Shown here: positions 36,878-45,756 of the stretch, one piece after another
How positions within the stretch are numbered: the first letter of the stretch is position 1
How the letters are laid out: each line of letters starts with the position of its first letter
Source: a virus
Reading direction: 5' to 3' (one strand)
IMG/VR virus record: IMGVR_UViG_3300025133_008097
Span: 32,001-96,000 of that record
DNA length: 64,000 nucleotides
The notes under the pieces: generated by a model
Told to the model about the DNA's origin: nothing
Seen by the model: only the letters and a program-made list of their open reading frames with translations
Database searches by the model: none
Translations under genes and position numbers: made by a program

Positions 36878-37347
36878 TGAAAATCACCAAGCAAAGACTT
36901 AAAGAGATCATCAAGGAAGAGCTTTCCACAGTTCGCGAGAGCGACTGGTATGATGACGAAAACGAGACCCGCGCCGACAGGAAGTATGCCGACCGCGACG
37001 CCGGATTGGGAGATCTCCAGTCGGACGAAAAGTTCACAGGCGGTTCCCCCGAAGAACGGCTGCTCACGCTTATGAGAGCAAGAGAGGTTCTTGCGGCAAT
37101 GAGTGAGGAAGATTTGGAAGAACTCAGTCTTAGCCTCGACGGCGAAACTACCAGATGGCTTCAACACCTCCTCGCCAACCCGATGTATGCCCCCATGGAG
37201 GAGAAGTTCGAACGAAGGCGCTACGGCCAGTCCGCGAAAAAACCAAAGCCGAAGACCCCACGTGACGAGAAAAATCTGTCACAGCGTGAAAAAGATGCGC
37301 TCAATAGCGCCACCGGCAAGAAGAACCAAGGCCGCGGAGGCTACTAA
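36877..37347 (+). CDS. small protein with conserved leader MKITKQRLKEIIKEEL and C-terminal TGKKNQGRGGY
   Basis: TAATG-coupled; acidic body and basic tail. Confidence 0.75.
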   Translation: MKITKQRLKEIIKEELSTVRESDWYDDENETRADRKYADRDAGLGDLQSDEKFTGGSPEERLLTLMRAREVLAAMSEEDLEELSLSLDGETTRWLQHLLANPMYAPMEEKFERRRYGQSAKKPKPKTPRDEKNLSQREKDALNSATGKKNQGRGGY

Positions 37348-37348
37348 A

Positions 37349-37627
37349 ATGAAGATTTCAAAAGCAAAGCTACGACAGATCATCAAGGAAGAGTTGGGAA
37401 CTCTGCGGGAGGAAGACCCAGCGGAGGAAACAGCGCTTAATAGTCCGCGGCAGGCTGGTAGGGAGTGGGCTATTAAGAATCTTCGCGTCGCCATCAACCG
37501 CGCTGCGGGAGCCGGACTGAGCAATGACGAAATCCGCAAGGTCATAGAGGATAAGATAGAGAGCGGCACCGAGCACGGACGCTTCACATCTACCGGACCT
37601 TGGGCTCCGGAATATAGGGATAAATAA
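37349..37627 (+). CDS. small protein with conserved leader MKISKAKLRQIIKEEL
   Basis: True start at ATG 37349, 1 nt after the upstream stop; the track's 37103 start overlaps the previous gene in another frame. Confidence 0.75.
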   Translation: MKISKAKLRQIIKEELGTLREEDPAEETALNSPRQAGREWAIKNLRVAINRAAGAGLSNDEIRKVIEDKIESGTEHGRFTSTGPWAPEYRDK

Positions 37628-37636
37628 AAATAACAC

Positions 37637-37664
37637 TTGACACCACCTCCCCATCCTGTATACT
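37637..37664 (+). promoter_or_regulatory. sigma70-type promoter TTGACA-16 nt-TATACT
   Basis: Consensus -35 (37637-37642) and near-consensus -10 (37659-37664) in the gap before the GTG at 37691; AGGGGA RBS follows. Confidence 0.75.
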
Positions 37665-37690
37665 AGTATCATAGACTAGGGGATAACTAC

Positions 37691-40600
37691 GTGTATAAAA
37701 TAGCACACCTTGCGGACACGCATATAAAGAATTTAAAATTTCATTACGAATACAAGAAGGTATTCGAACAACTTTACGAAACACTACGAAAAGAAAACGT
37801 AGATTACATCGTACACTGCGGCGACATCGCCCACACCAAGACACAGATTTCACCAGAGTTCGTTGAGCTTTGCTCCGACTTCTTCGCAAATCTAGCGAAA
37901 ATCGCGCCAACCTACATCATCTTGGGCAATCACGACGGCAACTTAAAGAATAGCACCCGTCAGGACGCCCTGTCGCCAATTGTGAAGGCTTTAAACCTAC
38001 CGGACCTACATCTGCTCAAGGAAGCCGGAGAAGTCCTTGTAGGGCCGCACATCGCCCTTAACGTGCTATCCGTCTTTGACGAGGATAATTGGGTGATGCC
38101 GACCGACCCGGAACGAATCAACATCGCACTTTATCACGGCTCTGTATCTGGCGTCAAAACCGACACCGGCTGGGTGATGACTCATGGCGATCACGACGTA
38201 GGAATTTTCGGTGGTCACGACTATGCTATGCTTGGCGACATTCACAAGACAAATCAAATCCTCGACACCGAAGGTCGCGTGAGGTATTGCGGCTCAACCG
38301 TCCAGCAGAATCACGGCGAGACAAATGACAAGGGATTTTTGATTTGGGAAATTGAAGACAAAGACAAGTTTCGCGTGAGTCACCATGTTTTGCTCAACCC
38401 CAAGCCATTCGTAACAATCGAACTCACGCCAAAGGGGCGTATGCCTAAGGGCACTAAGATCCCTCCCACGGCTCGACTTCGCCTCGTGAGCAATAATAAT
38501 CTACCGCTTGATGTTATGCGTAAAGCTGTAGAGGTCGCTAAGCATCGTTTTAAGCCCGAGAGTATTGCGTTTCTTAATCGTGCAGCCGGCGAACGCGGTA
38601 CAGTTGAGATCGGTACTGGCTTTAAGGTAGAAAATCTGCGAGACAAGGGCGTACAAGAGAATCTAATCCGTGAGTATCTCGTTGAATATCAGCCGAGCGA
38701 GAACATGCTTGAGAGAGTCTTCGAACTAAATCGGAAGTACAACTCACAGATTGAAGAGACAGAAGAAGTCGCACGAAACGTTAATTGGAATATTAACAAG
38801 TTTGAGTGGGATAATCTCTTTAACTATGGTGAAGACAATAGTGTAGACTTTACTAAGCTAAATGGTATTGTGGGGATTTTTGGCAAGAACTATTCCGGAA
38901 AGTCTAGTATTATTGACGGAATGCTTTATACGATGTTTAATACCACCTCCAAGAATGAGCGTAAAAACTACAACATCATCAACCAGAATAAAAAAGACTG
39001 CCGCGGCTGCGTGGAGTTACAAGTAGGTGATAAAGTATATACGATTGAGCGCAAGTCGGAGAAGTATGTTAAAAAGTTAAAAGGCGAAGTCACCAACGAG
39101 GCGAGGACCTTCTTAGATTTCTCGGGCCTCGATGCGGTAATGGGAGAAGAATCGAGTCTTAACGGTACCACCCGTACCGAAACAGATGCACATATTCGTA
39201 AGCGTTTTGGCACAGTAGAGGACTTCTTACTAACTTCGATGTCAAGTCAGCTCGATAGTTTATCTTTTATTAAGGAGGGATCCACGCGCCGCAAAGAAAT
39301 TCTTGCTAAGTTCTTGGATTTAGACATTTTTGAGAAAAAGTTTAAGTTGGCTCACGAGGACGGCTCGGACTTAAAAGCCGTTCTGCGACGCGTGGGAGAT
39401 ACAGATTATAGTAATGACATAGCATTAGCCGAGGTCCAGCACCTCGAAGCCAATCGCGCACTAGATAATGAAGTTGCGGCATGCGATCAACTCAGAGAGG
39501 GCCTGAGCGTGGCAGAGAAGGAATATGCAACACTCACAGTGCAGATCGATTCCATTCCCGCTGAGCGCTTGGATATTAAAAATCTCTTGGAAACTCGCTC
39601 TTCTCTGGAAAAGAAGGTTGAAGGGACTGATGTTAGCATTGTAGAACTTAAGTCGCAGAATCTTGACTATAACGAAAAGCTAAAAGACTACGACGACTTT
39701 TTGACAACTATCGATATCGAAGATCTTTTGGCTCAAAAGCAAGAGTTTGATGAGTTCAAGCAAAAATATGATGATACCCTTAATAAGGCGCGCCTCTTAG
39801 ATAATGATTATAAGTCTATGAGCAAAAAACTAGACTTGTTGGATGAAGTACCATGCGGGGATAAATATCCCACGTGCCAGTTTATCCGGGACGCTCACTT
39901 GGCCGCGGTTGAACTGCCCTCCTTGGAGGTTGAAATTGTTGACAAGATTGAAGAGGCCAAAGGATATAAAAATATGACAATCTCTGTGGACTCGTTTCAA
40001 ATGATTGAGCTTATTGAGCGTTATAATAATACCATTATTAAAAAGAACAATATTGAGATTGAGAAGCGCGATAACAAAGTCTCTATCGAGAAGCTATATG
40101 CGAAGATAAAAAGCTATCGAGACGCTCTTCGAACAACGAGTGAAAAGATTGAGTTATATGAAGAAAAGAAAGATTTAATTAAGAACATAGAAAGTCTTAT
40201 TAACTCTCGTGACACGGTGGAAAGAAAAATAAAAGAGATGAGAGGAGAGCTTCTCGATGTCGAAGACTCGATTAATCTACACCACCGACAGCTTGGATCT
40301 ATGGAACAAAAGGTTGAAGACCTTAAGGAAAAAAAGTTAGAGTTAGATGAAATACGGGAGGAATACGCAGCCTATGATTTGTTCATGCGCTGCACTCATT
40401 CTAATGGGATTGCTTACGATATTATCAAAAAGCGCCTACCAGTTATTAATGCTGAAATAGCGAAGGTATTGTCAAACATTGTTGACTTCGATGTCTTCTT
40501 CCAGGAAGACGGCCGCAAGCTCGACATCCTGCTCAAGCATCCAAAGCACGACCCGCGGCCGATTGAGATGGGCTCCGGCGCCGAGAAAACTGTTACCGCG

Positions 40601-40843
40601 ATGGCTATTCGCCTGGCTCTGCTCTCCGTGTCATCACTACCTAAGGGAAATATTTTTATTCTCGATGAGCCTGGAACTGCCCTAGATGCAGACAACATGG
40701 AGGGGTTCATTCGAATCCTTCAGCTTATTAAGATGTATTTTAAAACTGTCATTCTTGTCTCTCATTTAGATTCTCTTAAAGATATCGTAGATGTGGAAAT
40801 TACCATTGATAAGACAAATGGTTATGCCCGGGTCAGTCAGTGA
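37691..40843 (+). CDS. fused SbcD-SbcC (Mre11-Rad50; T4 gp47-gp46-like) nuclease-ATPase
   Basis: Metallophosphoesterase motifs ADTH, CGD, GNHD, YHG and GDIH are followed in the same ORF by Walker A GKNYSGKS, a coiled coil, signature MGSGAEK and Walker B ILDEP. Confidence 0.92.
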   Translation: MYKIAHLADTHIKNLKFHYEYKKVFEQLYETLRKENVDYIVHCGDIAHTKTQISPEFVELCSDFFANLAKIAPTYIILGNHDGNLKNSTRQDALSPIVKALNLPDLHLLKEAGEVLVGPHIALNVLSVFDEDNWVMPTDPERINIALYHGSVSGVKTDTGWVMTHGDHDVGIFGGHDYAMLGDIHKTNQILDTEGRVRYCGSTVQQNHGETNDKGFLIWEIEDKDKFRVSHHVLLNPKPFVTIELTPKGRMPKGTKIPPTARLRLVSNNNLPLDVMRKAVEVAKHRFKPESIAFLNRAAGERGTVEIGTGFKVENLRDKGVQENLIREYLVEYQPSENMLERVFELNRKYNSQIEETEEVARNVNWNINKFEWDNLFNYGEDNSVDFTKLNGIVGIFGKNYSGKSSIIDGMLYTMFNTTSKNERKNYNIINQNKKDCRGCVELQVGDKVYTIERKSEKYVKKLKGEVTNEARTFLDFSGLDAVMGEESSLNGTTRTETDAHIRKRFGTVEDFLLTSMSSQLDSLSFIKEGSTRRKEILAKFLDLDIFEKKFKLAHEDGSDLKAVLRRVGDTDYSNDIALAEVQHLEANRALDNEVAACDQLREGLSVAEKEYATLTVQIDSIPAERLDIKNLLETRSSLEKKVEGTDVSIVELKSQNLDYNEKLKDYDDFLTTIDIEDLLAQKQEFDEFKQKYDDTLNKARLLDNDYKSMSKKLDLLDEVPCGDKYPTCQFIRDAHLAAVELPSLEVEIVDKIEEAKGYKNMTISVDSFQMIELIERYNNTIIKKNNIEIEKRDNKVSIEKLYAKIKSYRDALRTTSEKIELYEEKKDLIKNIESLINSRDTVERKIKEMRGELLDVEDSINLHHRQLGSMEQKVEDLKEKKLELDEIREEYAAYDLFMRCTHSNGIAYDIIKKRLPVINAEIAKVLSNIVDFDVFFQEDGRKLDILLKHPKHDPRPIEMGSGAEKTVTAMAIRLALLSVSSLPKGNIFILDEPGTALDADNMEGFIRILQLIKMYFKTVILVSHLDSLKDIVDVEITIDKTNGYARVSQ

Positions 40844-41545
40844 CTACAATCCAGGATATTCGAATCCGTAAATCTGTAAGAAGTAAAATTTAAGAGCACG
40901 GTTTTTAGCGTCGTCATCGCCCACATACCAGTGCCAAGCAGTAAGGTTGGCAATGCCGGCAATTGCTGCCAAGGTTCTTTTGATGTCTTCTTCGATCCAT
41001 TCAATTTGCTCATCAGTGGGATCGTCGACAGACAAGTCTAGATCAATGGCTATGGAATATAATACGTACCAATTTTGATTGTCATACGCCTCTTTAGCTC
41101 GCATAAAGATTCGTTCTAGTCTAAGGATCTCCTTCTCAGAGAACCCGCTGGCCCGGACCTTATCTGGGTGCGTCTCGGCAGCTATGCGTCGAAACAACTT
41201 TTTAAGTTCCACCTCTTTTTTTATCTTGGGAACAGCCTCTTCGTCTTCGTCTTCTGGCTCGCTGTCCGTTGGCACAAGATCCGTACAGTCGGATTCGTTG
41301 CTTTCTTCTATAAGTTGTGGGGGCTCTTCTTCTGCTGGCTGCGGGGGCGCCTGAGGGGTGACGGCAACCTGTTCGGCTAATCTGGTTTGTTCTTCCTCCG
41401 GGAGTTCTCTCACTAGTCGCGAAACCTCCTCCTGGAATTCCAGGATGGCGTCCTTAGAGAGTTCTTGATGATACTCTAAATCAGCATGCACAAACTCTGC
41501 ATTTTTGAGGGTTTTTTTCAATTTGTACTTAAGTTGTTTAGACAT
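40844..41545 (-). CDS. J-domain (DnaJ-like) protein
   Basis: ELKKLFRRIAAETHPDK...FMRAKEAYD is the J-domain helix II-HPD-helix III pattern; AGGGGAG RBS on the minus strand; only minus-strand gene accepted. Confidence 0.8.
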   Translation of the reverse strand: MSKQLKYKLKKTLKNAEFVHADLEYHQELSKDAILEFQEEVSRLVRELPEEEQTRLAEQVAVTPQAPPQPAEEEPPQLIEESNESDCTDLVPTDSEPEDEDEEAVPKIKKEVELKKLFRRIAAETHPDKVRASGFSEKEILRLERIFMRAKEAYDNQNWYVLYSIAIDLDLSVDDPTDEQIEWIEEDIKRTLAAIAGIANLTAWHWYVGDDDAKNRALKFYFLQIYGFEYPGL

Positions 41546-41559
41546 ACTTCTCCCCTCTG

Positions 41560-41569
41560 TCTAATTAGT
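41560..41569. promoter_or_regulatory. palindromic bidirectional late-promoter-like motif (CTAATTAG)
   Basis: Centre of a 39-bp divergent gap; reads TCTAATTA on plus and ACTAATTA on minus, 17 and 16 nt from the two start codons. Confidence 0.55.
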
Positions 41570-41584
41570 GTAAAGGAGTAGAGC

Positions 41585-41770
41585 ATGAGACACATTATAG
41601 ATAAGGGACTAGAGAAACTAGTTTCCCGAAAGTTGTTAGCGTGGACAACGGCCACGAGCTTGTTGTTGTTTTCTGATCTGACATCCAGCGATTGGGTAAT
41701 CATTACTACAGTTTATATTGGAGGCCAGACCATCATCGATGCAGTTGCGAAGCTTAAAGGTTATAAATAA
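41585..41770 (+). CDS. small two-TM membrane protein, holin-like
   Basis: 61 aa with two hydrophobic segments and a basic C-terminus; AAGGAG RBS. Confidence 0.5.
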   Translation: MRHIIDKGLEKLVSRKLLAWTTATSLLLFSDLTSSDWVIITTVYIGGQTIIDAVAKLKGYK

Positions 41771-42180
41771 TGACCTGGATAAAATTTAGAACGGGTGCAA
41801 AAAAAGCGTGGCTTTGGGCGAAGAAGTTTTGGTGGGTGATAGTTATCGGCCTCCTCTTCTTATGCGCGTGTTTTCTAGGGGCGCTTACTCGAAACGGCGC
41901 ATTGCTCGCCGGAGTCCTAGATTTAATGGAAGCGAAGAGAGACCAGCACGACCAGGAGATGGAGACTCTCACCCAGATCCACAACGAGGAAGTCTCTGCG
42001 AAAAATGCGCGCCTTGAAGAACACCTTAAAAGGCGCGCCGAACTAGAAGCAGAATTTGCCAAAAGAGGCGAAACCCTCGATAAACAAAAAGAAGCGGAGC
42101 TTAAAAGACTGATTGACGAGAGTTATAATGATCCCGAGAAGCTAGCTAAAGAGTTGGCGGAAGCTTTTGGATTGAAATAA
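41770..42180 (+). CDS. membrane-anchored coiled-coil protein (i-spanin-like topology)
   Basis: N-terminal TM (WWVIVIGLLFLCACFLGAL) followed by a charged coiled coil; TAATG coupling. Confidence 0.45.
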   Translation: MTWIKFRTGAKKAWLWAKKFWWVIVIGLLFLCACFLGALTRNGALLAGVLDLMEAKRDQHDQEMETLTQIHNEEVSAKNARLEEHLKRRAELEAEFAKRGETLDKQKEAELKRLIDESYNDPEKLAKELAEAFGLK

Positions 42181-42641
42181 TGATTAGAAAAATATTATCC
42201 CTTTACTTAATAGTCTTTTTGGCCTTCCCGGTGGTAGCCTTCGCAGAGGAAGAGTCTTCTCCGGATTATGTAGTTCTCCCCATAGAGGCGGGCGACATCG
42301 TGCCATTCGATGGAGTTCTTTTATCTCTCGATGCTGCAGCAAAGATTGTAACCGAGAAAAAGTTCGAGGGAGCCGAGTGCGATCTGCGCATCAGCTATGA
42401 GCTTCACATGCAAGGAGAGAGATTTCAGCTGCAGCTTGATTACAAAGATATTGAAATTCACTCCTGGAAGGATAAATACGAGTCCATGATGATTCTCAAA
42501 GTCGCTGAAAACGATCGCCTAACAGAGCTAGTTTTAAAGCAGAAGCCTGCCCAAGGTCCGCTTCTTGTGGCATTGGGTTTTGGCATCGGTACACTTACAT
42601 CTTTGGGAATCTTTGCTTTATCTACCGAAATAGTTAAATGA
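42180..42641 (+). CDS. exported protein with signal peptide and C-terminal TM helix
   Basis: MIRKILSLYLIVFLAFPVVAFA signal peptide; coiled coil; C-terminal GPLLVALGFGIGTLTSLGIFAL; TAATG coupling. Confidence 0.55.
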   Translation: MIRKILSLYLIVFLAFPVVAFAEEESSPDYVVLPIEAGDIVPFDGVLLSLDAAAKIVTEKKFEGAECDLRISYELHMQGERFQLQLDYKDIEIHSWKDKYESMMILKVAENDRLTELVLKQKPAQGPLLVALGFGIGTLTSLGIFALSTEIVK

Positions 42642-44848
42642 CAATCTCGCAAGCCGATTCCCGCGGAAGGCTTTTGCGCTTTCTTATCGATAACCTGGGA
42701 CAGGAAATATCGAGCGGGAGCCTTGCGGGTTCCGGTAGTTTTGTTGCGGTAAACTCGGACGATGAGCTTGTCTTAGCGCGGCCTTTAACCGGCGCCGGTA
42801 TTTCGTGGGACGGTTCAACCGCAAACGGCGTTGCTACCTATAAGGATGCCGACGAGGCAACTGTTGAATCAAACCTCACTTTTGACGGATCCACCCTTAC
42901 TGTTACGGGCGATGCTAGTATCTCGGGCGACGTGCACATTGGCCAATACATCTATCACATTGACGATACTGACACCAAAATCGGCTTCGGTACCAATACT
43001 CAAATCTATACTTGCCAGAACAGCGAACGCCTTAAATTAAACTCCACCGGCGTTGGTATGATGGGAGCCACACCGATTGCGGGACTAGCTATCACAGGAG
43101 ATTTAACTATCTCGGGAGATACCACACTTGGAGACGCGTCGGGAGATTCGCTTACCATCAATGCTCAAACTATCAATCCAGCTAATATTGACACCGGCAC
43201 CGACAACTCGGTTGTAGTCTATAACGGCAGCAGTCTGGTGACGGACGAAATCGATTCTCGCGTCTGGGGGTCCACTCTTGTCGATGCTTCTGGAACCCCT
43301 GCAGATAATCAGGTGGGAATCTGGACGGATGCCAACACCATGGAAGGCAGTTCAAACCTGACTTTTGATGGCACTGATCTTACGGTTGCGAACGATTTGA
43401 TATTAGGCAGCGACATTATTCACTCTGGTGATACTGACACCAAAATCGGCTTCGGTGCCAATACTCAAACCTATACTTGCCAGAACAGCGAACGTCTTAA
43501 GTTAAACTCCACCGGCGTTGGTATGATGGGAGCCACACCGATTGCGGGACTAGCTGTCACAGGAGATTTAACTATCTCGGGAGATACCACTGCCACCTCC
43601 GGGTCCTTTAGCGATGTCACCCTCACCAGCCACACTGGTATTATAGGAACGAATTCCCACAGAACCATAATCCACAACAACAACGGAGGCTACCTAGAGG
43701 CTAAAACAGGTCATGCTACTTATGGTTTTATAATTAGGGACTACAACAGCGAAGGCTGGGCTAATATAACTACCAACAATGGGCTGCTTCAGCTAGCTTA
43801 TAACAATAACAGCACAACTGATGGCATTTTTCTTAACGATTCCGACAACGTTGGTATCGGAGACAGCTCCCCCTCCTATAAGCTGGATGTGAATGGAACA
43901 CTTAGAGCTACAGGAGATATGTATGCAGATGGCGAGCTGACCGTCACCTCCGACCTCGACGTCCGCGGCGACACCTTCCTCGACGGAGCGATCATCCTCG
44001 GAGGGCAATCGTCCCTCGGTACCGGGATGCGAGCAGAGTTTCGAAACACCGGAGGCCAGACATATTCAAGCTTCAATGGTGTCTACTGGGAATCCTGCAT
44101 AGCGAACAACTCCCATGCCCGGACTGTCTTAACGAATGAGGCGTACGAAGACAACGACGTAGTTGGACCCGGGATCTATTCGAGTAATATTTATTGGTTT
44201 TGGAAGTACACGGCCGCCGCCACCACATATCGCGTGATCACCTCGGGAACTTCTTTTACTTTTACAGGACAGCACTTAACAGTTCCAATGGATTCAGCCA
44301 TTAGTTCGTCATTGTCTGATTACGTGGGACTTATAGCGGTGTCGTCAGGCAATCAGATGCGGTGGGATGAGATAAAAGAAGAGTGGGTTACTGGATCAGA
44401 AGCTGTGACTATTAATGAAACACTTCCTCGCATTGAATTAGCTACGAGCCGTGCCGATAAAAGAGTGTTTGGAGTTATAAGCAATCGTCCTGATAATTAT
44501 GTTGTCAACAGCGAGACAAACGAAATCGAAGAGGACCAGGACGGCATGGCTTATTCCTGGAACGATTTAAAGCAAACTCAGATTCGAGTCAACTCTTTAG
44601 GAGAAGGCGCTATCTGGGTATGCAACATCAATGGCAATCTAGAAAATGGCGATTATATTACAAGCTGCGAAGTTCCGGGATTGGGAATGAAACAAGACGA
44701 CGACCTACTTCACAACTATACAGTGGCCAAGATTACGCAGGCTTGCGATTTTAGGATTAACGCCTCTAACTATAATGTGGTAGAATTTGAACATAGCGGC
44801 AGCACCTACAGAAAAGCATTTGTCGGCTGCACCTATCACTGTGGATAA
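42638..44848 (+). CDS. tail fibre-like protein with internal duplication and chaperone/autocleavage-like C-terminal domain
   Basis: G/T/S-rich beta repeats, the VGIGDSSPSYKLDVNG fibre motif, and a C-terminal NGNLENGDYITSC...GLGMKQDDD...VAKIT...VGCTYHCG domain typical of fibre C-termini. Confidence 0.7.
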   Translation: MTISQADSRGRLLRFLIDNLGQEISSGSLAGSGSFVAVNSDDELVLARPLTGAGISWDGSTANGVATYKDADEATVESNLTFDGSTLTVTGDASISGDVHIGQYIYHIDDTDTKIGFGTNTQIYTCQNSERLKLNSTGVGMMGATPIAGLAITGDLTISGDTTLGDASGDSLTINAQTINPANIDTGTDNSVVVYNGSSLVTDEIDSRVWGSTLVDASGTPADNQVGIWTDANTMEGSSNLTFDGTDLTVANDLILGSDIIHSGDTDTKIGFGANTQTYTCQNSERLKLNSTGVGMMGATPIAGLAVTGDLTISGDTTATSGSFSDVTLTSHTGIIGTNSHRTIIHNNNGGYLEAKTGHATYGFIIRDYNSEGWANITTNNGLLQLAYNNNSTTDGIFLNDSDNVGIGDSSPSYKLDVNGTLRATGDMYADGELTVTSDLDVRGDTFLDGAIILGGQSSLGTGMRAEFRNTGGQTYSSFNGVYWESCIANNSHARTVLTNEAYEDNDVVGPGIYSSNIYWFWKYTAAATTYRVITSGTSFTFTGQHLTVPMDSAISSSLSDYVGLIAVSSGNQMRWDEIKEEWVTGSEAVTINETLPRIELATSRADKRVFGVISNRPDNYVVNSETNEIEEDQDGMAYSWNDLKQTQIRVNSLGEGAIWVCNINGNLENGDYITSCEVPGLGMKQDDDLLHNYTVAKITQACDFRINASNYNVVEFEHSGSTYRKAFVGCTYHCG
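42965..43590 (+). repeat. 161-bp direct repeat (42965-43125 and 43430-43590)
   Basis: Copies differ at 5 positions by manual comparison, all transitions; offset 465 nt, in frame. Confidence 0.95.
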
Positions 44849-44849
44849 A

Positions 44850-45233
44850 ATGAGTAAAGACCAAGATTACATAGCCAAACTAGAGCGCGCCATCTCCCAG
44901 AAATATGGTGATGAGACAGTGAACAATCCTAAAAGATTTTGGGATGACCAAAAAGAAAAAGAATACCTCGCACAGTCTCAAGAGGAGCACCGTAAATTTT
45001 CTAAGATTGCCGAAACCAAAGACAAAGTCGAACAAGATGGATTTTTAATAAATAAAAAACTACTTAATAGAGATGCAAATCGAAGCTGTCCTGTTTGTAA
45101 AACATATTCTTTTCATCCCCAAGATGATTTGTATATGAATAAGTTTGAATGTTGTCAGACTTGTTATATAGCATGGGTTGAAGGACGAGAAGAGAGATGG
45201 CTAGGTGGCTGGAGGCCAAGCGGTGAGAATTAG
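44850..45233 (+). CDS. hypothetical zinc-binding protein
   Basis: CPVC...CCQTC motif; start moved to ATG 44850, 1 nt after the upstream stop. Confidence 0.7.
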   Translation: MSKDQDYIAKLERAISQKYGDETVNNPKRFWDDQKEKEYLAQSQEEHRKFSKIAETKDKVEQDGFLINKKLLNRDANRSCPVCKTYSFHPQDDLYMNKFECCQTCYIAWVEGREERWLGGWRPSGEN

Positions 45234-45480
45234 CAATACAGAATTAGAGAAGATCATCAAAGAAGAAATTAACGAGGGCTTGAGGACTTCAATGAGGCGC
45301 GCCCGTTCTGCGCAAGAAATAGCCGATGCTCTGAAACAACTTGAAAAAATAATGATTCACCTTCTTGACCAAAAGAGGCGTTCCGATCCTGGAACCCCCG
45401 AACACGATGGCGCCAAAGAGCAGATGGCCCGCATTGCGGAACTGGCTCAAGAATATGCATATAGGAACGAGATGCAATGA
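45223..45480 (+). CDS. small protein with leader (M)RISNTELEKIIKEEINE
   Basis: In-frame GTG at 45223 preceded by GGAGG at 45211-45215; variant of the conserved leader. Confidence 0.7.
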   Translation: MRISNTELEKIIKEEINEGLRTSMRRARSAQEIADALKQLEKIMIHLLDQKRRSDPGTPEHDGAKEQMARIAELAQEYAYRNEMQ

Positions 45481-45752
45481 GAATTTCTAAATCCCGTTTG
45501 CGCGAGATCATTTTGGAGGAGCTGGAGGAAACCCCAACTCCAGAGCTCATCGAATCAGAGATTCTGTCGGAGAACATGTTAGCTACGTTAGCCCCCAAGA
45601 TAATGGAGTTTATCATTAAGAATCCAAAAATGCTGCAGCTGCTTTCTAATGCAATGCTGCCAGCAATTATGAAGGCTATGGGTGGCGACGAGAAGACAGG
45701 CGGGGCATCTGATATGCAGTCGATGATGGCTAGCTTAACACAAGAGGAGTAG
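45477..45752 (+). CDS. small protein with leader MRISKSRLREIILEELEE
   Basis: ATGA-coupled; conserved leader. Confidence 0.75.
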   Translation: MRISKSRLREIILEELEETPTPELIESEILSENMLATLAPKIMEFIIKNPKMLQLLSNAMLPAIMKAMGGDEKTGGASDMQSMMASLTQEE

Positions 45753-45756
45753 AACA

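Noticed and set aside
42965-43590. Possible DGR template/variable repeat pair
   Set aside because: Mismatches include T/C and C/T, not only adenines; both copies are mid-gene; no reverse transcriptase in the window. The same applies to the 60069/60438 repeat.
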